This document shows positions 1-13,116 of a stretch of 45,683 nt of DNA, piece after piece. Source of the stretch: Octopus bimaculoides. Its lineage: Eukaryota. The notes under the pieces were generated by a model. It saw only the letters and a list, made by a program, of their open reading frames with translations, had not been told where the DNA came from and did no database searches. Every line of letters starts with the position of its first letter. Within the stretch, counting starts at the first letter, position 1. The stretch is taken from NCBI RefSeq assembly GCF_001194135.2, contig NC_068998.1, forward strand, positions 26,945,471 through 26,991,153, in the 5' to 3' direction. The translations under genes and the position numbers were made by a program.

Positions 1-400
1 ATAGATATGTATATATACATTTACATGTATTTATACGTATATAGATATGTATATATACATATACATATAAATATATATGTATATATATACATGTGTGTAT
101 ATATACATGTATATTTATATTCCTGCATATGTATGTATATGCCTATATATATATATTTATATTTATATATATACTTGTATATACATATATATACTTGCGT
201 ATATATATATATATGTATATATATATATGCACATATATATGCATGTATATATATATATGTATGTATATATATATATATACATATGTATATACATGTACAT
301 ATATATGTATGTACATATGTATATATATCTATATATATTTTTATATGTATATATACATATGCATATATATATGTATGTATGTGTGTTTGTGTGCCTATGT
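1..400. repeat. Degenerate (AT)n/(ATGT)n microsatellite
   Basis: Seen directly; source of the spurious YI/MY-rich ORFs at 7-460. Confidence 0.95.
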
Positions 401-595
401 CTGTGTTTGCACCCCCACCATCACTTGACTACTGATGTTGCTGTGTTTACGTCCCCATAAGAGCCGTTTGCAAGACACACCGATAGAATAAGTACTATGC
501 TTACAAAAAATAATTCCTGTTGTCAATTTCTTCAACTAAAGGTAATGCTTTAGTATGGCCGCAGTCGCATGACCGAAGCAAGTAAAGCAATAATA
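395..595 (+). mobile_element. 3' half of a microsatellite-containing octopus-type SINE
   Basis: gtctgtgtttgcaccccc...gatagaataagtac...tatggccgcagtcgcatgaccgaagcaagtaaag matches a SINE tail I recognise from octopus; a decayed head of the same family is at 13900-14010 (-). Confidence 0.6.
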
Positions 596-599
596 AACT

Positions 600-630
600 A
601 TACCCGAGCAACGCCGGGTATCTCTGCTAC
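600..630 (+). mobile_element. Helitron-like 3' terminus relic
   Basis: Hairpin ATACCCG-agcaacgc-CGGGTAT (600-621) followed by ctctgCTAC (CTAG-like end). Confidence 0.4.
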
Positions 631-659
631 TATATATATATAAAATACATACATATATA

Positions 660-826
660 CATAAATACATACATACATTCGTACATGCATAAATACACAC
701 ACATCTATCTATCCATCCATCCATCCATACATACATACATACATACATACATGCATGCATGCATACATACATACATACATACATAAATGCATACATACAT
801 ACATTCATACATACTTACGTGCATAC
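660..826. repeat. (CATA)n microsatellite
   Basis: Seen directly; abuts the 5' junction of the R4-like fragment. Confidence 0.9.
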
Positions 827-1906
827 ATGCCCAAAGAAGTCGCACGACTCTACCGCAACGTATCAGATGAAAGGATGAGCGTATATGAGCAGAAGACTAT
901 GAATGGATATATTAGTAGAATGCTCGGTGATGATAGTAACATCGATCAACAAGGCAGTTTATCATGGGCGAATAGCCAGATTACTACCTCCCACTTTGAA
1001 TGGTATGCGTTTGCAATGCAGGAACAAGAAATATCAACCAAGTATCGGATGCACAAAAGGAATAGTGATGCAAGAAAAGCCCTAAAATGTGACAACCGAT
1101 GCAGACTTTGTAAAGTTCACACTGAAGATATCACCCACATCATAAGCAGTTGTCCGAAAATGTCATCACGATATTATCTACCGATGAGTAGATAATACTA
1201 CGTTGTAGTTAGGACACTCTATAATGAAATCGGTCAGAAGGATAATCCCGAGGACAAAGAAATAAGAACCCACAATATGGTAGAAGCCATAATAAAATGG
1301 AATACTTGTGGAATGTACCACTGAAGACATCAATAAAATGTTAGCACAACAGACCTGATATAGGGATTTGGGAGAGAGAAGAGAAAGTTTGCACAGTTGT
1401 GGAAATTAGCTGCCCAGCGGATGTTAACGTAAAGTTGAAGATCAGTGAAAAAGAGAACATCTATGCTGAACTATTGATAAATCTGCAGTTACTCTATCCA
1501 GATGACAAGTTCAGGTTTGAACCTGTAATTATTAGGGTCCTGGGATATGTAACGCACTGCCTAAATACCAATCTTGAGAAATTAGGCTTCTCAAAACCAG
1601 AAAGGAGAAAGCTAATTCGAAGACTACAGATCTAATCTATCATTGGAAGTAAAAATCTGTAAAACTTTCTAGAAGTTTATCATTTAAATATATATGAGCA
1701 TGTCTAGATATGCAACTATATGCCTGAAAATACATGCATAAAACATACAAATCTGCACTACATATATACATGCATACATACATACATACAAACAAACAAA
1801 AATACCCTACTGTTGATGTTGAAATTCCATTGAAGGAGCCTTGGATCTGGGTTAGAAACCGGTTCTTTCTGTATTGGCAAGAAATCTTGAAGTAAACTGA
1901 ATAATG
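827..1906 (+). mobile_element. R4/Dong-clade non-LTR retrotransposon, 5'-truncated decayed copy (CCHC + REL endonuclease + 3' UTR)
   Basis: AMQEQEISTKY...CRLCKVHTEDITHIISSCP knuckle; RPD...VEISCP...KENIY REL motif; frameshifts and stops; ends ...gaataatga(CATA)n. Second copy at 22767-23960 (-). Confidence 0.85.
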
Positions 1907-1953
1907 ACATACATACATACATACATACATACATACATACATACATACATACA
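1907..1953. repeat. (CATA)n tract shared by two tail-to-tail retroelements
   Basis: Seen directly between the R4-like 3' end (+) and the RTE 3' end (-). Confidence 0.9.
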
Positions 1954-2880
1954 TGATGGCCCTCCACTCGTGACCAAGGAAGACTATTGCTGACGTTTAG
2001 GAACATTGTGCGCTCTAGGAGTAACTTATATTTTGCACTTGCGGCTCCGTTGGTGGCTAATGAGCCCTGCTCTTGACAAGCATACACGACTACAAACATT
2101 GTAAACCAAGCTTTCCCTATTCACTATACAAGCAGTGCGTTTTCGAGAGGCACGCTTAAATTCTTCATGCAGAATACGTGCTCTCTCAAAGGTGTCGACC
2201 CCCTCCTTAACCTACTTCCTCCATCTCTGGCGATGATAGGCATTTCTCTCAGTCAGTCCTCTGCATATCACAGGCCTTTAATGAGGACTTGACACAGTCC
2301 TTAAATCGCAGCCTTGGTTTTTGCCGGGGTCTCTTTCCACTAACTAGTTCCCCGTATAGCATCTGTTTAGGGACCCTCTATCCTTCATTTTAATAAGGTG
2401 TCCAGTCCAAAGTAACCGGTGGTGGTGCACCATTGCCTCAATACTCGAGATATCAGCTTTCCTCAGGACCTGTGTGTCTGGAGTTTTTAAGGTCCAGCCA
2501 ACATTCAGAATGTGTCTCAGACATCCGTGATGAAAGCGTTGAAGGACCCTTACATGACGTTTGCAAAGGGTCCATGTCTCTTTTTTTACATACATACACA
2601 CATACATACATATATATATACATACATGCATGGAGGAGGAAACAGAGAGAGAGAGGGGGAGAGAAAAAGAGAGAAACAGAAAGAGAGAAAAAGAGAGAAA
2701 CAGAAAGAGAGAAAAACAGAGAGAGAGAGAACAGAGACAGACAGACAGACACTTTTGGGAAGCAGGAAGAAGCCACGGCTCATGGATTGTTCTCATACCA
2801 GAGGGCTGGTTTAAATGCTTGCAAGCCGACAGGACCCATTTCCTTTGATAGATACAAGTAACCGAGATCAACTCCCCCAA
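1952..2880 (-). mobile_element. RTE-clade LINE 3' fragment, interrupted by a CATA/GA microsatellite (~2582-2752)
   Basis: ETWTL...LQRFHHGCLRHILNV...RLLWTGHLIKM, then C-terminal CLQCSRVCLSRAGLISHQR finger; 3' end ...gagggccatcatgtatgt. Confidence 0.85.
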
Positions 2881-5741
2881 TTTTCTTCCGTATTGTCAGC
2901 GTATCTACTATGTCATCACTTTTAGAACAGCGGAAATTGTTTTAAAATTTAAGCAATTCAAGTGAAATGAATATTACAAAAATATGAAGTTCGGTGTTTT
3001 AAAAAGAGATGGGGAAATCGCTGATACTTATGCCATTCTCAGCATCATTTACAGCGTGAAACAAGCTAATGATCATACTTGAAAATTGAAACTGAGTGGC
3101 AGATTCGATTTGGTGGACAAAAGAAATTAGGATTTTCAGTATGGTTACCACATGTTATACGAAAATCAATATACTAACATTACTTTTGATATAAAAGGTT
3201 TAATACTGTTAAGGATATTATTACACTAGTATTAATGTTGTTGTTGTTGTTGTTATTATTATTATTATTAATAATAATAGTATTATTACCATTATCGTCA
3301 TCATCACCATTATTATTAATAGTATTCTTATCATTATCATCTTCACCATTATTACTACTGTTTTTGTTGTTGTTGTTGTTGTTACTTCTATGATGGTAAT
3401 TTCTTTATATCTCTTTCAGATTATAAATTGTTAGAAGTCAAAGTTGCAAGAAGTTAGTACTAAATCTAGACTGTGCTTTATTGCATATTGTCTTTGATCA
3501 TTTATTTCGCCTGTGTGTTTTAATTTCATCAAAACTATTTACATACGTTTAGAAGAATCACAGATGTTGAGACAAAATGTTTATTTGACTAATCGCTTAC
3601 ACAACGTTATTTCCCACACAAGTTTGGATAACTGACAATGAAAGATAGAGTACAAGTGTTAGAAACTAATCATTTGTTCACACTGTCACTCGGCAGAATA
3701 TTAATCCTCGTCGATAATCTTTTAAAATATAAATTTCAATGAAGCAAAAACTTTAGAGATTTTCCTTCTCATTCTCTCTTTTATTTCATTTATTTACTTT
3801 TCTTTTTCTTCCATTTCCAACTCATTAATCAAAGACACCAGTTAATACTACTTATCTGTCACTTATAACAGTTTAACAAACACCAGAAAGTTTTCTGATG
3901 TAAGGTAACGAGTATTTAATTTGGCCGTTTTCTTATTGGTATATAAAAAGCAAGTCATTTACATCTTTCTAATCACAAGCTATAGTTTTTAATTTGTTTT
4001 ACTTCTCGTTTCCGCTGTGTAAAGTATTTGATTTGAAATGCCATCTTTAAACTGAAAGATAAGCATGAAGACAGTTTAAAACATGGAAGTCTTTCAGAAC
4101 TACTTGAACTAAAATAAAAGTTATTTCGCTGCCAGTTAAAAATGCTTGTGTAATAATTATTAGGGTAATGGGTTATGAATGAATATCTGTGGGGATTCAT
4201 ATTCATATTTATTCAATATTGATACAAAATTAGGTTCGCAAGAGCTCTTTCTGGGCTCCGATGAGTATTAAGTTAATTTCAATATCATCATGATTTTCTC
4301 GCCTTCTCCCTTCCAAACTTCTTAGTGATTGCAGTAAATGGTTATTAAAATCTAAGCAAGTATGTGCCTAGATGCACACATCTTCATAATGCTACAAGCC
4401 TGACATCCAGATACTTTCAGCTACTAGCATCAGCAGTTTTAGGAGAGTTGAGGAAAATCTGATGAATTGTTAAATAACAAGGAATTGTCGATTTAGTACG
4501 TCTGTTACATTAGGTGCACGTGATCAATAAATCGGGATGGATATGAGTTCGTGTATTTGTGTGTGTAATTATTTGTTATGTGTTACTTAGAATTAGAAAC
4601 TCAGTATTTCAAATGATTTTGCCTTCGTTAAATTCATTGATTATAAAAGAAAAAGATTCGTGTGAGAATATCAATTAAATATGCATGATTGCAAGAACCA
4701 CATGTGTATAACGTGTCCCTGCAACAGCTCTTTACATTTCCCTTTCATCTTCTATACTCTGGATGTTGTTGTTGTTGTTGTTGTTGTGTTTATTGTTGCT
4801 GTTGTTGTACAGATATATGAGGTAAATATAAATCTACTACTATTTTGATTAAAATTGTATTTCAAATTAAAGGAAATCACCTGTTTTGTTTTATTTTTCA
4901 AGTTTTGTTTCCTTGTTTCCCAATCAAAACTTTTATGGTTGCACATTAAATAAAGTAATCATGAGATAAATTATTTGAGGAACTGTAAAATGTAATTAGT
5001 CTTGTTTTATTTTGTGAGCAGAAATAACGAAGATTGTGATGATAAAGTACATACAAAGAATTGAGTAAAGTCTCTTGAGAAAATTGTAACAGTTGGAATC
5101 TTCACAACAGCTTTGATGAAGAATATCAGGTTTGGCTAGAATTAAGTTTCATGTATGACTGGGGAAAAAAAGATTTTAAATATAGCTGTGAAGGCGACGA
5201 ATTGACAGAGTTGTTAGAATGTCGGATAGAACGCCACGTGGTGTTTGTTCTGATAAACACTAACAATCTGATAAACACGTATATCTACACATGCATACAC
5301 ATACACACAATCGCGCGCGCACGCACACATACACACAGAGGAACACGCACATGCACGTACACATACACATATTCGCATATCATATTTTGCCAATATTTCA
5401 GCAGGAAGGCAAAGGTTCGTGGTCATCCCTTAAAAGCCTGTGAAAAAGTACCAATCAAGTGTGGTGAAATTGCACAAAATTTAGAGAGTCGAACAAGTTG
5501 TTTTACGGTATCTGTTCTGTCTCATTGCGTTCGGACAGCAGCGACTGCGGCAACACTACTGACAAGCTGAGCCCGTCGTCCTTGGATAAACATAGGTGAC
5601 GTGGAGAGGAGAGACATACATGCATTTGACCATTCAGACGACACCAGTTTTTGTACGAATCAGTGAATTACCCATTGAGTTATTTAGTTAGAAAGAGAAC
5701 AGGCTGAAATCGTTTTGTGCCAGCCTCACCACGTCTTCCCA

Positions 5742-6777
5742 ATGAACAATATTGAAAGGGCTTAGATCATCCAGGCCTTCAGAAATGGTACCAAAATTCA
5801 TTCTCTGGCTTCAATCTTCAAAGTCCATTCAAGAACCATCAGGAGAATTGTGAATAAGTTAGATAAAAAGGGAATTAAAGAAAAGAAAACTGGATCAGGA
5901 TGTCATAACCACAAGAGGGATCATCATTTCAATCTAGAGCTGAAGAGATCAATCAGAAGAGATCCAATTCAATCCATAAGGCGCTTGGCACGTGAGAGGG
6001 GAGTTTCAGCTATGACAGTTCAAAGAGCGGTGACAGAAAATTTTAAAATAAAATCGTACGTGAAACCTGTGAGGCATCTTGTTACTCCAGGACAAAAGGT
6101 TACAAGATTGGAGAAGGCGAAGTTCATCTTGAACAAAGTGAAACATAATCCTGGAGTGATCCTTTACACAGATGAGAATTTCACCCAAGATACACATACA
6201 AACAGACGCAAGAGCTGCGTTATGGTTTCAGGTCTTCACGAGAGAGCCAAAACTAACATTTTCAGGTACAAAACCCTTGCCAAGGTAATGATTTTCGCCT
6301 GCGTGGCCTCTACTGGCAAGAAGATACCGTTGATCATGTTTGAGAGGCTGACAGGAGTTTGTTATATTCAGGTTTTGAAAGATGTAAATACCTGGATTCT
6401 TGCTGAATATCCTGAGGCAAGAGTCGAGAGAAATTTCAGTAAGATCATTACGGAATCCAAGTTTACATTCCAGCAATGGAGCTCCTTGTCACACAAGTGC
6501 AGTGGCTCAAAAATTTCTCAGGTTTGGGGATAAGGACGATTTAATCTACCCACTACCTTTATCACCTTATTTGAACCCTTTAGACTTCAGCATCTGGAAT
6601 GAACTGGTCAGAAAAGCTTGTGAGACGTCCCACAGTAACCTGCGAGCCCTCAAAAGCTCCATCCGTCGGATGTGAGAGGAGGACATTGATGAGGAATTCA
6701 TTAAGAAATTTTGTGCAGCAATCAGGAAGAGGGTTGAAGAAGTCATTGCCAAAAGAGAAGCATCTCTTGATGCCTAA
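5742..6777 (+). pseudogene. Decayed Tc1/mariner transposase, maT/DD37D-like
   Basis: ATG 5742; HTH-like N-terminus (IQAFRNG...SIFKVHSRTIRR); YTDE, VMIFACVASTGK, FQQ/GAPCHTS (frameshift), SPYLNPLDFSIW; stop at 6775-6777. About 12 extra in-frame codons before FTFQQ. Only weak TIR-like similarity between ~5390-5480 and ~6790-6900. Confidence 0.85.
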
Positions 6778-7113
6778 CAGGTAGGATTTCGGCCACGATT
6801 ATCTCTGGTACTTAGAAATAAAACTTTAAGCTTCAATTCGAACTTTATTCCAGTCCTTTATAAACTCTCAATCCTGAGCTATGATTAATTATTTATAAAA
6901 ATGTCATTTTTGCCCATGATCAACTTCATCACGATTCTTCTAGCGAGCTTGCTCAAAATAGGGTCCAATAATGATAGAGAAACCTCTGATGATTCCATTA
7001 AGTTATCTTTAAGGATTCCTGAGATACAAAGGTTCGAAGCTGAATCTAAAATTTGGACAATTTTGCTGACACATATATTAGTGTAGAGGGAGTGTATGTA
7101 TATATGTGTATAT

Positions 7114-7182
<69 letters not shown>

Positions 7183-7550
7183 CAGGCAGGCAGGNNNNNN
7201 NNNNNNNNNNNNNNNNNNNNNNNNNNNNNNNNNNNNNNNNNNNNNNNNNNNNNNNNNNNNNNNNNNNNNNNNNNNNNNNNNNNNNNNNNNNNNNNNNNNN
7301 NNNNNNNNNNNNNNNNNNNNNNNNNNNNNNNNNNNNNNNNNNNNNNNNNNNNNNNNNNNNNNNNNNNNNNNNNNCACACACACACACACACACACGAGAT
7401 AGGGCGTCCACCAGAAGATGAATAAAAAAAATTCTGCGATCAAGAAAGTGAAGACCGCTGTAATTCCAAGATTTATAAAAAAAAAGTCCAAGAAATATAG
7501 ACCGGAGAAGCGATGGTGAGCATCGATTGGGCAATATTATTGAACGGAAA

Positions 7551-7760
7551 GAAGGCGGGGGCCTGGCAAAATCGTAAGCACGCCAAGGAAAATGCTTAGC
7601 AGTATTTTATCCGTCTTTACGCTCTAAGTTCAGATTCTGTCGAGAGTGACTTTATCTTTCATCCCTTTCGGGGTCGATAAAAATAGTACCATTTGAGTAC
7701 TGGGGTATATGTAATCGACTTACCCCTTCCCTTGTGCAAAGTTTGGAATCTATATTATTA
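7551..7760 (+). mobile_element. tRNA-derived SINE, OR2-like family
   Basis: ggcggg...ctggcaaaatcgtaagcacgcc head; ctttcatccctttcggggtcgataaaaatagtacca central domain. Confidence 0.8.
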
Positions 7761-7984
7761 AAAGGAAAGGCATAATATATTTCTGAAAAATCCTAGAAAG
7801 AAAATGAAGGTAATGAGAAAACGGATTTAAAAAATCAATGTTGCGATATTTTTATAGCAAGAGGGAGCATGAAACAGTTGTATTATATAGAAGAAAATTG
7901 AAATAAGAATTATCAAGATTACTAGTGTTAACTTGCTTATTAGTAAAGGATAACTGAACAGATCGGTATTTCATTTCAAAGAGT

Positions 7985-8345
7985 CAGAAATGGAGAATGC
8001 ACCTAACATCAAAGAATAGAAAGATGTCACAGATTATAAAGAAACAACAAAAGCTGACATTTTGGAAGTTACTATGACTAGACATGATTTCCGCAAAAGC
8101 ACTTGAATCAGACCTAAACAGATTAGAATATGTTTCCAGGTGTTTTAAATATGTTTCAAAGAAAGGATTTCCAGCAGATAAGGAAGAGGAAAATGGAAAT
8201 TCTTACAGTGCTATAATAGATTTATACTAACACATGTTCCAGTTACAAAGAACTTATATCTTATCGGCTCCAGAAAAAATATTCAACAGAATTATACTGG
8301 AAAGATTGAAAGGACCAACAGACAATATGCTGGATATCTGGTAAG
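7985..8345 (+). mobile_element. Highly decayed LINE RT fragment (RTE-like)
   Basis: LSAPEKIFNRIILERLKGPTD resembles the RTE RT motif LLSVPGKVFNRIILERL; surrounded by stops. Confidence 0.45.
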
Positions 8346-8739
8346 GGCTAGGATTAAAAAATATCATGAATGGACCGTCGCTAAGATGTTTATCACTACG
8401 CCCTTGTAAAATGTTTTCCTCGTCGCACATTGATCTGGTTTCTATATTTGTTCTTTCTCTGTCACCTGTATTCTCTTCCATCGTCCACTGCATTTCTTCA
8501 ACTCTTGCCAGTCTTCAGGAGAAGAAAACAGCATTTCTGTACTTTCGCTATTATTATAACGGTAAAATCCAGAATTCCTAACAAACATTGTTCGTTTATT
8601 CCTTAGAAGTACAACGTTATATATATATGATTGTATGCGTGTGTGCGAATGTGTGTATGTGCGAGTGTGTGCGTGTGTGTGTGTGCTCTGTGTGTGTGTG
8701 TTTGCTCTNNNNNNNNNNNNNNNNNNNNNNNNNNNNNNN

Positions 8740-8799
<60 letters not shown>

Positions 8800-9479
8800 C
8801 ATCTGATTGATTGTGTACATGTGCGCACGCGTGCATGTGTGCGAGTACATGTAACAAATAATTCAATAAGAAATGTGGAGAAGTACTCAACAGGAAGTCC
8901 AAATAATTTCAGTTACCGTAACAAAGAAAATTCTGACGCTTCGTTAAAGGGCCAGCGGATCAAAACGTCCGGCTTCTTTCTTCCTTTATTAATGGTAACT
9001 ACGTTTATTTAAACTACCACACTTCCGCACGATTTTAAAGAGCTGCTTCTATTCTAATTGTAAGAGTAATGGAGCGCTGACAAAAAGATCGATGACTTGT
9101 ATTCCTTCGATGGTATTGCGTTGTAGTCAAAGACAAGATTCTTAACTCCCGAAAGACCAGTCAACAATTTGTGTACAGCAGACTGGTATCACTTGAAGAT
9201 GTACTAACAAATAATGTTAAACTTTTCCAAGTTAGCTCCCCTTAGATTCAAACTATTCCGACAAAACATTCAATGTTATACGAGTAAACCAATTGATTGT
9301 TGAACACAGTTATTATGAAGAAGCATTATTTCTATGACGCTAGTATATTTGGGTATAAGCACTACTGCTTTTATTTCTTACTTCGTTTAAAACTGGTTTC
9401 ATATTGATGTTGACAGAAATTGTGATCATTGTTGCTATCATCGTCAGAATCAAAATCCGATAGAACCTCTAGGTACAAA

Positions 9480-9635
9480 AGTCAAATTTCCCTCAAATCA
9501 CACCGTAACATCTTAAAGAGACTCCTTAGACGATGTAGTACTTCATAGACCTGAAAAAAAATTGATGGTTACAGGTCACAGCTCGAATTACTTCCATCAT
9601 AGATTTACTCGATGCCCTGCAAAATAACAACATAA
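9480..9635 (+). repeat. Interspersed repeat (caaatcacac family), copy 1
   Basis: caaatttccctcaaatcacacc shared with 12950 and 13410; ends in aacaac. Confidence 0.55.
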
Positions 9636-10034
9636 TCATTATTGTATAAATATTTGCCTAAATCTCTTTCTTTTGGACAATTTAGCAAAAACTGGAAGAA
9701 TTTATAAAACAAAAACTTAAATGGGAAATATAATCTATTAAGTCTTGTTTTATTTTGTTAATGTTTTCGTTTTCTACATTTTTGGCTTATTTCAAAATCG
9801 TTCCTTACTTATAAACCTCAGCCATAGCTACCCACGGCCAGGGCGACGTATCGATCTTGTCTTTGACCGTAATACAACGTCCTTCCGTTCTTCCCGCTCG
9901 TCACTGTTGAAGAAACGATTTAGCAACTTCTAAATTGATCAAGCAATGAATAGTTTTTCCATTAGACAGATTCCTGTTCTGAAAAGATGTCTTTAGAAAG
10001 GAATAGAAAATTGAAACTGTTACATTTTTTTCTT

Positions 10035-10050
10035 TCTCCCATTCTCTCTC

Positions 10051-10135
<85 letters not shown>

Positions 10136-10190
10136 CTCTCTCTCTCCCTCTCTCCCTCTCTCTCTTTCTATCTCTCTCTCTCTCTCCTTT
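10035..10190. repeat. (CT)n microsatellite
   Basis: Seen directly. Confidence 0.95.
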
Positions 10191-10849
10191 TTAGTTTATC
10201 TTTCCTATTTTTGTTCTCTTTTACTATTCTTGATTCATTCAATTGGTTAGGTGGAATGAGACGAAGATAAATTATTAACGGTCAATATTTCCTTTCTGCA
10301 GTTCTTTGAGTCGATGTAAAAACGCGTCTTTCAGTCTCCTAATACTCAGTCAGTCAGCGTAGCAATTTGTGTTATCTACTTCGAAATCTCTTTTCTCCAA
10401 CAAATTACTAACAAATACTATGCATTTATTCCTGAGAACCGCACCAGTATCTGTGTGTGACTGTGTTAGTAAACGTTTTGTGTCCATATGCGCGCATGTA
10501 TATGTGCGTGTTTACATATAAGCACACGTGTGAATGTGTGTGTGCATGTGAGCATGCGTGCGTAAAAAAATTAAATTTGTATCCATAGTTGTTTAATGTA
10601 AATTGATACTAAATTATAGACTTAGATATACAGAAAGAGTGGGAAGGAATATAAAGAAAGAAAAACTGAAGGCAAATAAGCAGTAGGCAACAATGACACA
10701 ACCCCGCGGGTCATAGTAACAAAATATTATGCTGTGGAGACTATATATATGCGCATACATACATACATACATATGCATACATATACATATATATATATAT
10801 ATACATATATATAAACATATATATACACATATATATATATATAAACATA

Positions 10850-10884
<35 letters not shown>

Positions 10885-10950
10885 NNNNNNNNNNNNNNNN
10901 NNNNNNNNNNNNNNNNNNNNNNNNNNNNNNNNNNNNNNNNNNNNNNNNNN

Positions 10951-10986
<36 letters not shown>

Positions 10987-12844
10987 ACAGAGATGGGGAG
11001 ACAGACAGACAGACACACACACACACACAGATACATACATAGATATGCATGAGAGTGTATATGTATGTGGGTTTTATTTACCATGAGGCACAAAAAAATA
11101 TATACGTGGTCAATACAACTTGGTGCCAGCAGAGTGTAATGTCTGATGTATGTTTACTTGAGTATAAAAGGTATATAAGAATTTACCATCCCGAAACACG
11201 GTTTCGGTCGATCGTCCTATGGTTTGATTGTACACATCTGAGAATTGAGAAGCAATTAATTGTAATGTAAATTTCAGAGATCGCAATATTTTCAAAGGGT
11301 CACGTGATCGTTGAAGCTAACTGTCATTTATTATGCATCGGTGGTATCGGTTCTAGATATCTTGAAACAGAATTTGAACCGTATACTGGCAAGTTGAAAA
11401 TAATTCGCTTTTTGATTGAACTGGGGTAGGGTGGCGAATGATAAGGAGTTTATCTGTAAAACAGAATCCATACAAATTTGACGCATTCATATGGTATTGT
11501 ATTCCAAATATATTTCGAATTACTAAATGACATTGCTTATTTCCAAATATACTTAGAAAATGCTAAAAGTTGGTCCTATTTCAAATTATATTCTAAAAAT
11601 ACTTTTTGCTTTAGCAAATGTATACTACATAAATAATGACTATTCATTGCCAGAAGCTAATTACAATAGCCAGCCAGAAGTATGTATATAAATAGTATAA
11701 AATCTATTTGCTGATGTGTTACAGCGTCGCACAAGTAAAACAAAATTCTAATTATGTGTTAGAAGCAACTCAATGATGTAACCATTATTATGAATATCAC
11801 ATACTTAATGAATGTGTTATTAAACGCTACAAAGTTGCAGTCTTTCGTTTAAGGGTGATATAGATTTTCATATACTGGAAAATATTGTTTGGTAAAACAC
11901 AAGCGAAAGATTTCCTGTTCAGAAATCTTTGCATTGAATAATTCGGGTAAATTTTAGAGAGAAACTGTATGACAATGATGAGACGTAAACTGTGACACGT
12001 ATATGAGGTTATGATTGCAAATATAGAATTACGACATTGTTTATTGTTTTATCACGATGTAATGATTATTTCTGATAAAGACTTTATCATTAGATTTAGT
12101 CTTAGATATCATACTCAAGCTTCAGAGAGGTTAAATATAGCTAAGCTTTAGTTACCAACAATTGTGGAAAGTATATGTCCAGGTCCATATTCTACTTTAT
12201 TATATTACGTCAGCTTTATATATTCTCATCAATGTAGCAGCAATTTTTTGTCCATGAGAATACATTCCATTAAACGGATGGAAAATAATATAACTGTAGT
12301 AATTCTTTTTCTTTCTTTTTTTAGTTAGAAGCAAACGCATTTGAAGCTTCGGTGGGGTTCATCATAAATCAGAAGCATTCTGTTCAATTATAAATAGAAT
12401 TCTATTGCTCATTTTCGATAATTGGCAGGTATCGAGTATGTTGGAAAAATTTATAAGAAACCAATTCACGCAAGAAAATTTCATTGCGTGTATATTGATA
12501 TTCATGAAGTTAAAAATAATAAAATTTCTCGTGTGAATCTGATTCGTTGACTGAATAAAACCACTGCGAATTTCTTATAATATATTGTGTTCTTAATGAT
12601 CTGTCTTCCTCCTTGATATCTACATATCTCAGATTATTACAGCAAGTTGCACACATATAATTTCTGCTTATGTTAAGGCGTTACGCCTAACACAGCATTA
12701 ACATTACTATTCTCTATATTTATTTACATACATTCAAAGAAATACACCTTACATTCAATTAAGAGATACACTCCTATATTCACTTTCAGTAAGGAGAATA
12801 TGTTTTAAAATATAAAAAATATAGAGGCTATCTTAATTTATCAA

Positions 12845-13085
12845 TTCAAGACTATCCATACTGGATCGCCTTGAACTGTCAGTTTTGGGGGTTTCACAGC
12901 CGAGAAAAGGAAACTCTATCCAATCGCTCAGTCTGCTAGAAAAAGCAACCAAAATTCTCTCAAACCACACTTGAACAAGGAAGGTCATTGGCTAATGTAC
13001 TTTTGATGTATCTCTTGAAAATAAATTGTGATAGTCATATCTGAAACACTCAAGTTTGCTTAATCGAAGCTAACTGGGCGCAAAA
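12845..13085 (+). repeat. Interspersed repeat (caaatcacac family), copy 2
   Basis: ctgctagaaaaagcaaccaaaattctctcaaaccacacttgaaca is similar to 13385-13440. Confidence 0.55.
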
Positions 13086-13116
13086 CAACAATCTCATCAA
13101 TATTACACACAACACT

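Noticed and set aside
7-460. Long YI/MY/CV/HT/SL-rich ORFs here and at 2433-2861, 8588-9012, 9987-10250, 10614-11093, 21203-21616, 22561-22847, 29190-29458, 36727-37077 and 44815-45432
   Set aside because: Translations of microsatellites; no coding signal.
6885-7040. Open minus-strand stretch DSASNLCISGILKDNL...KNDIFINN with a ttttag acceptor
   Set aside because: No recognisable homology and no compatible upstream exon found.
9592-9616. Candidate second exon (KASSKSMME) for the 9825 start
   Set aside because: Lies within the caaatcacac-family repeat tail.
11297-11308. CACGTG E-boxes (also 4515 and 44990-45008)
   Set aside because: Expected by chance, with no promoter evidence.
11277-11677. 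Plus-strand exon pair EIAIFSKGHV...EFEPYT / EANYNSQPE
   Set aside because: Needs a GC donor, has no recognisable family and no continuation.
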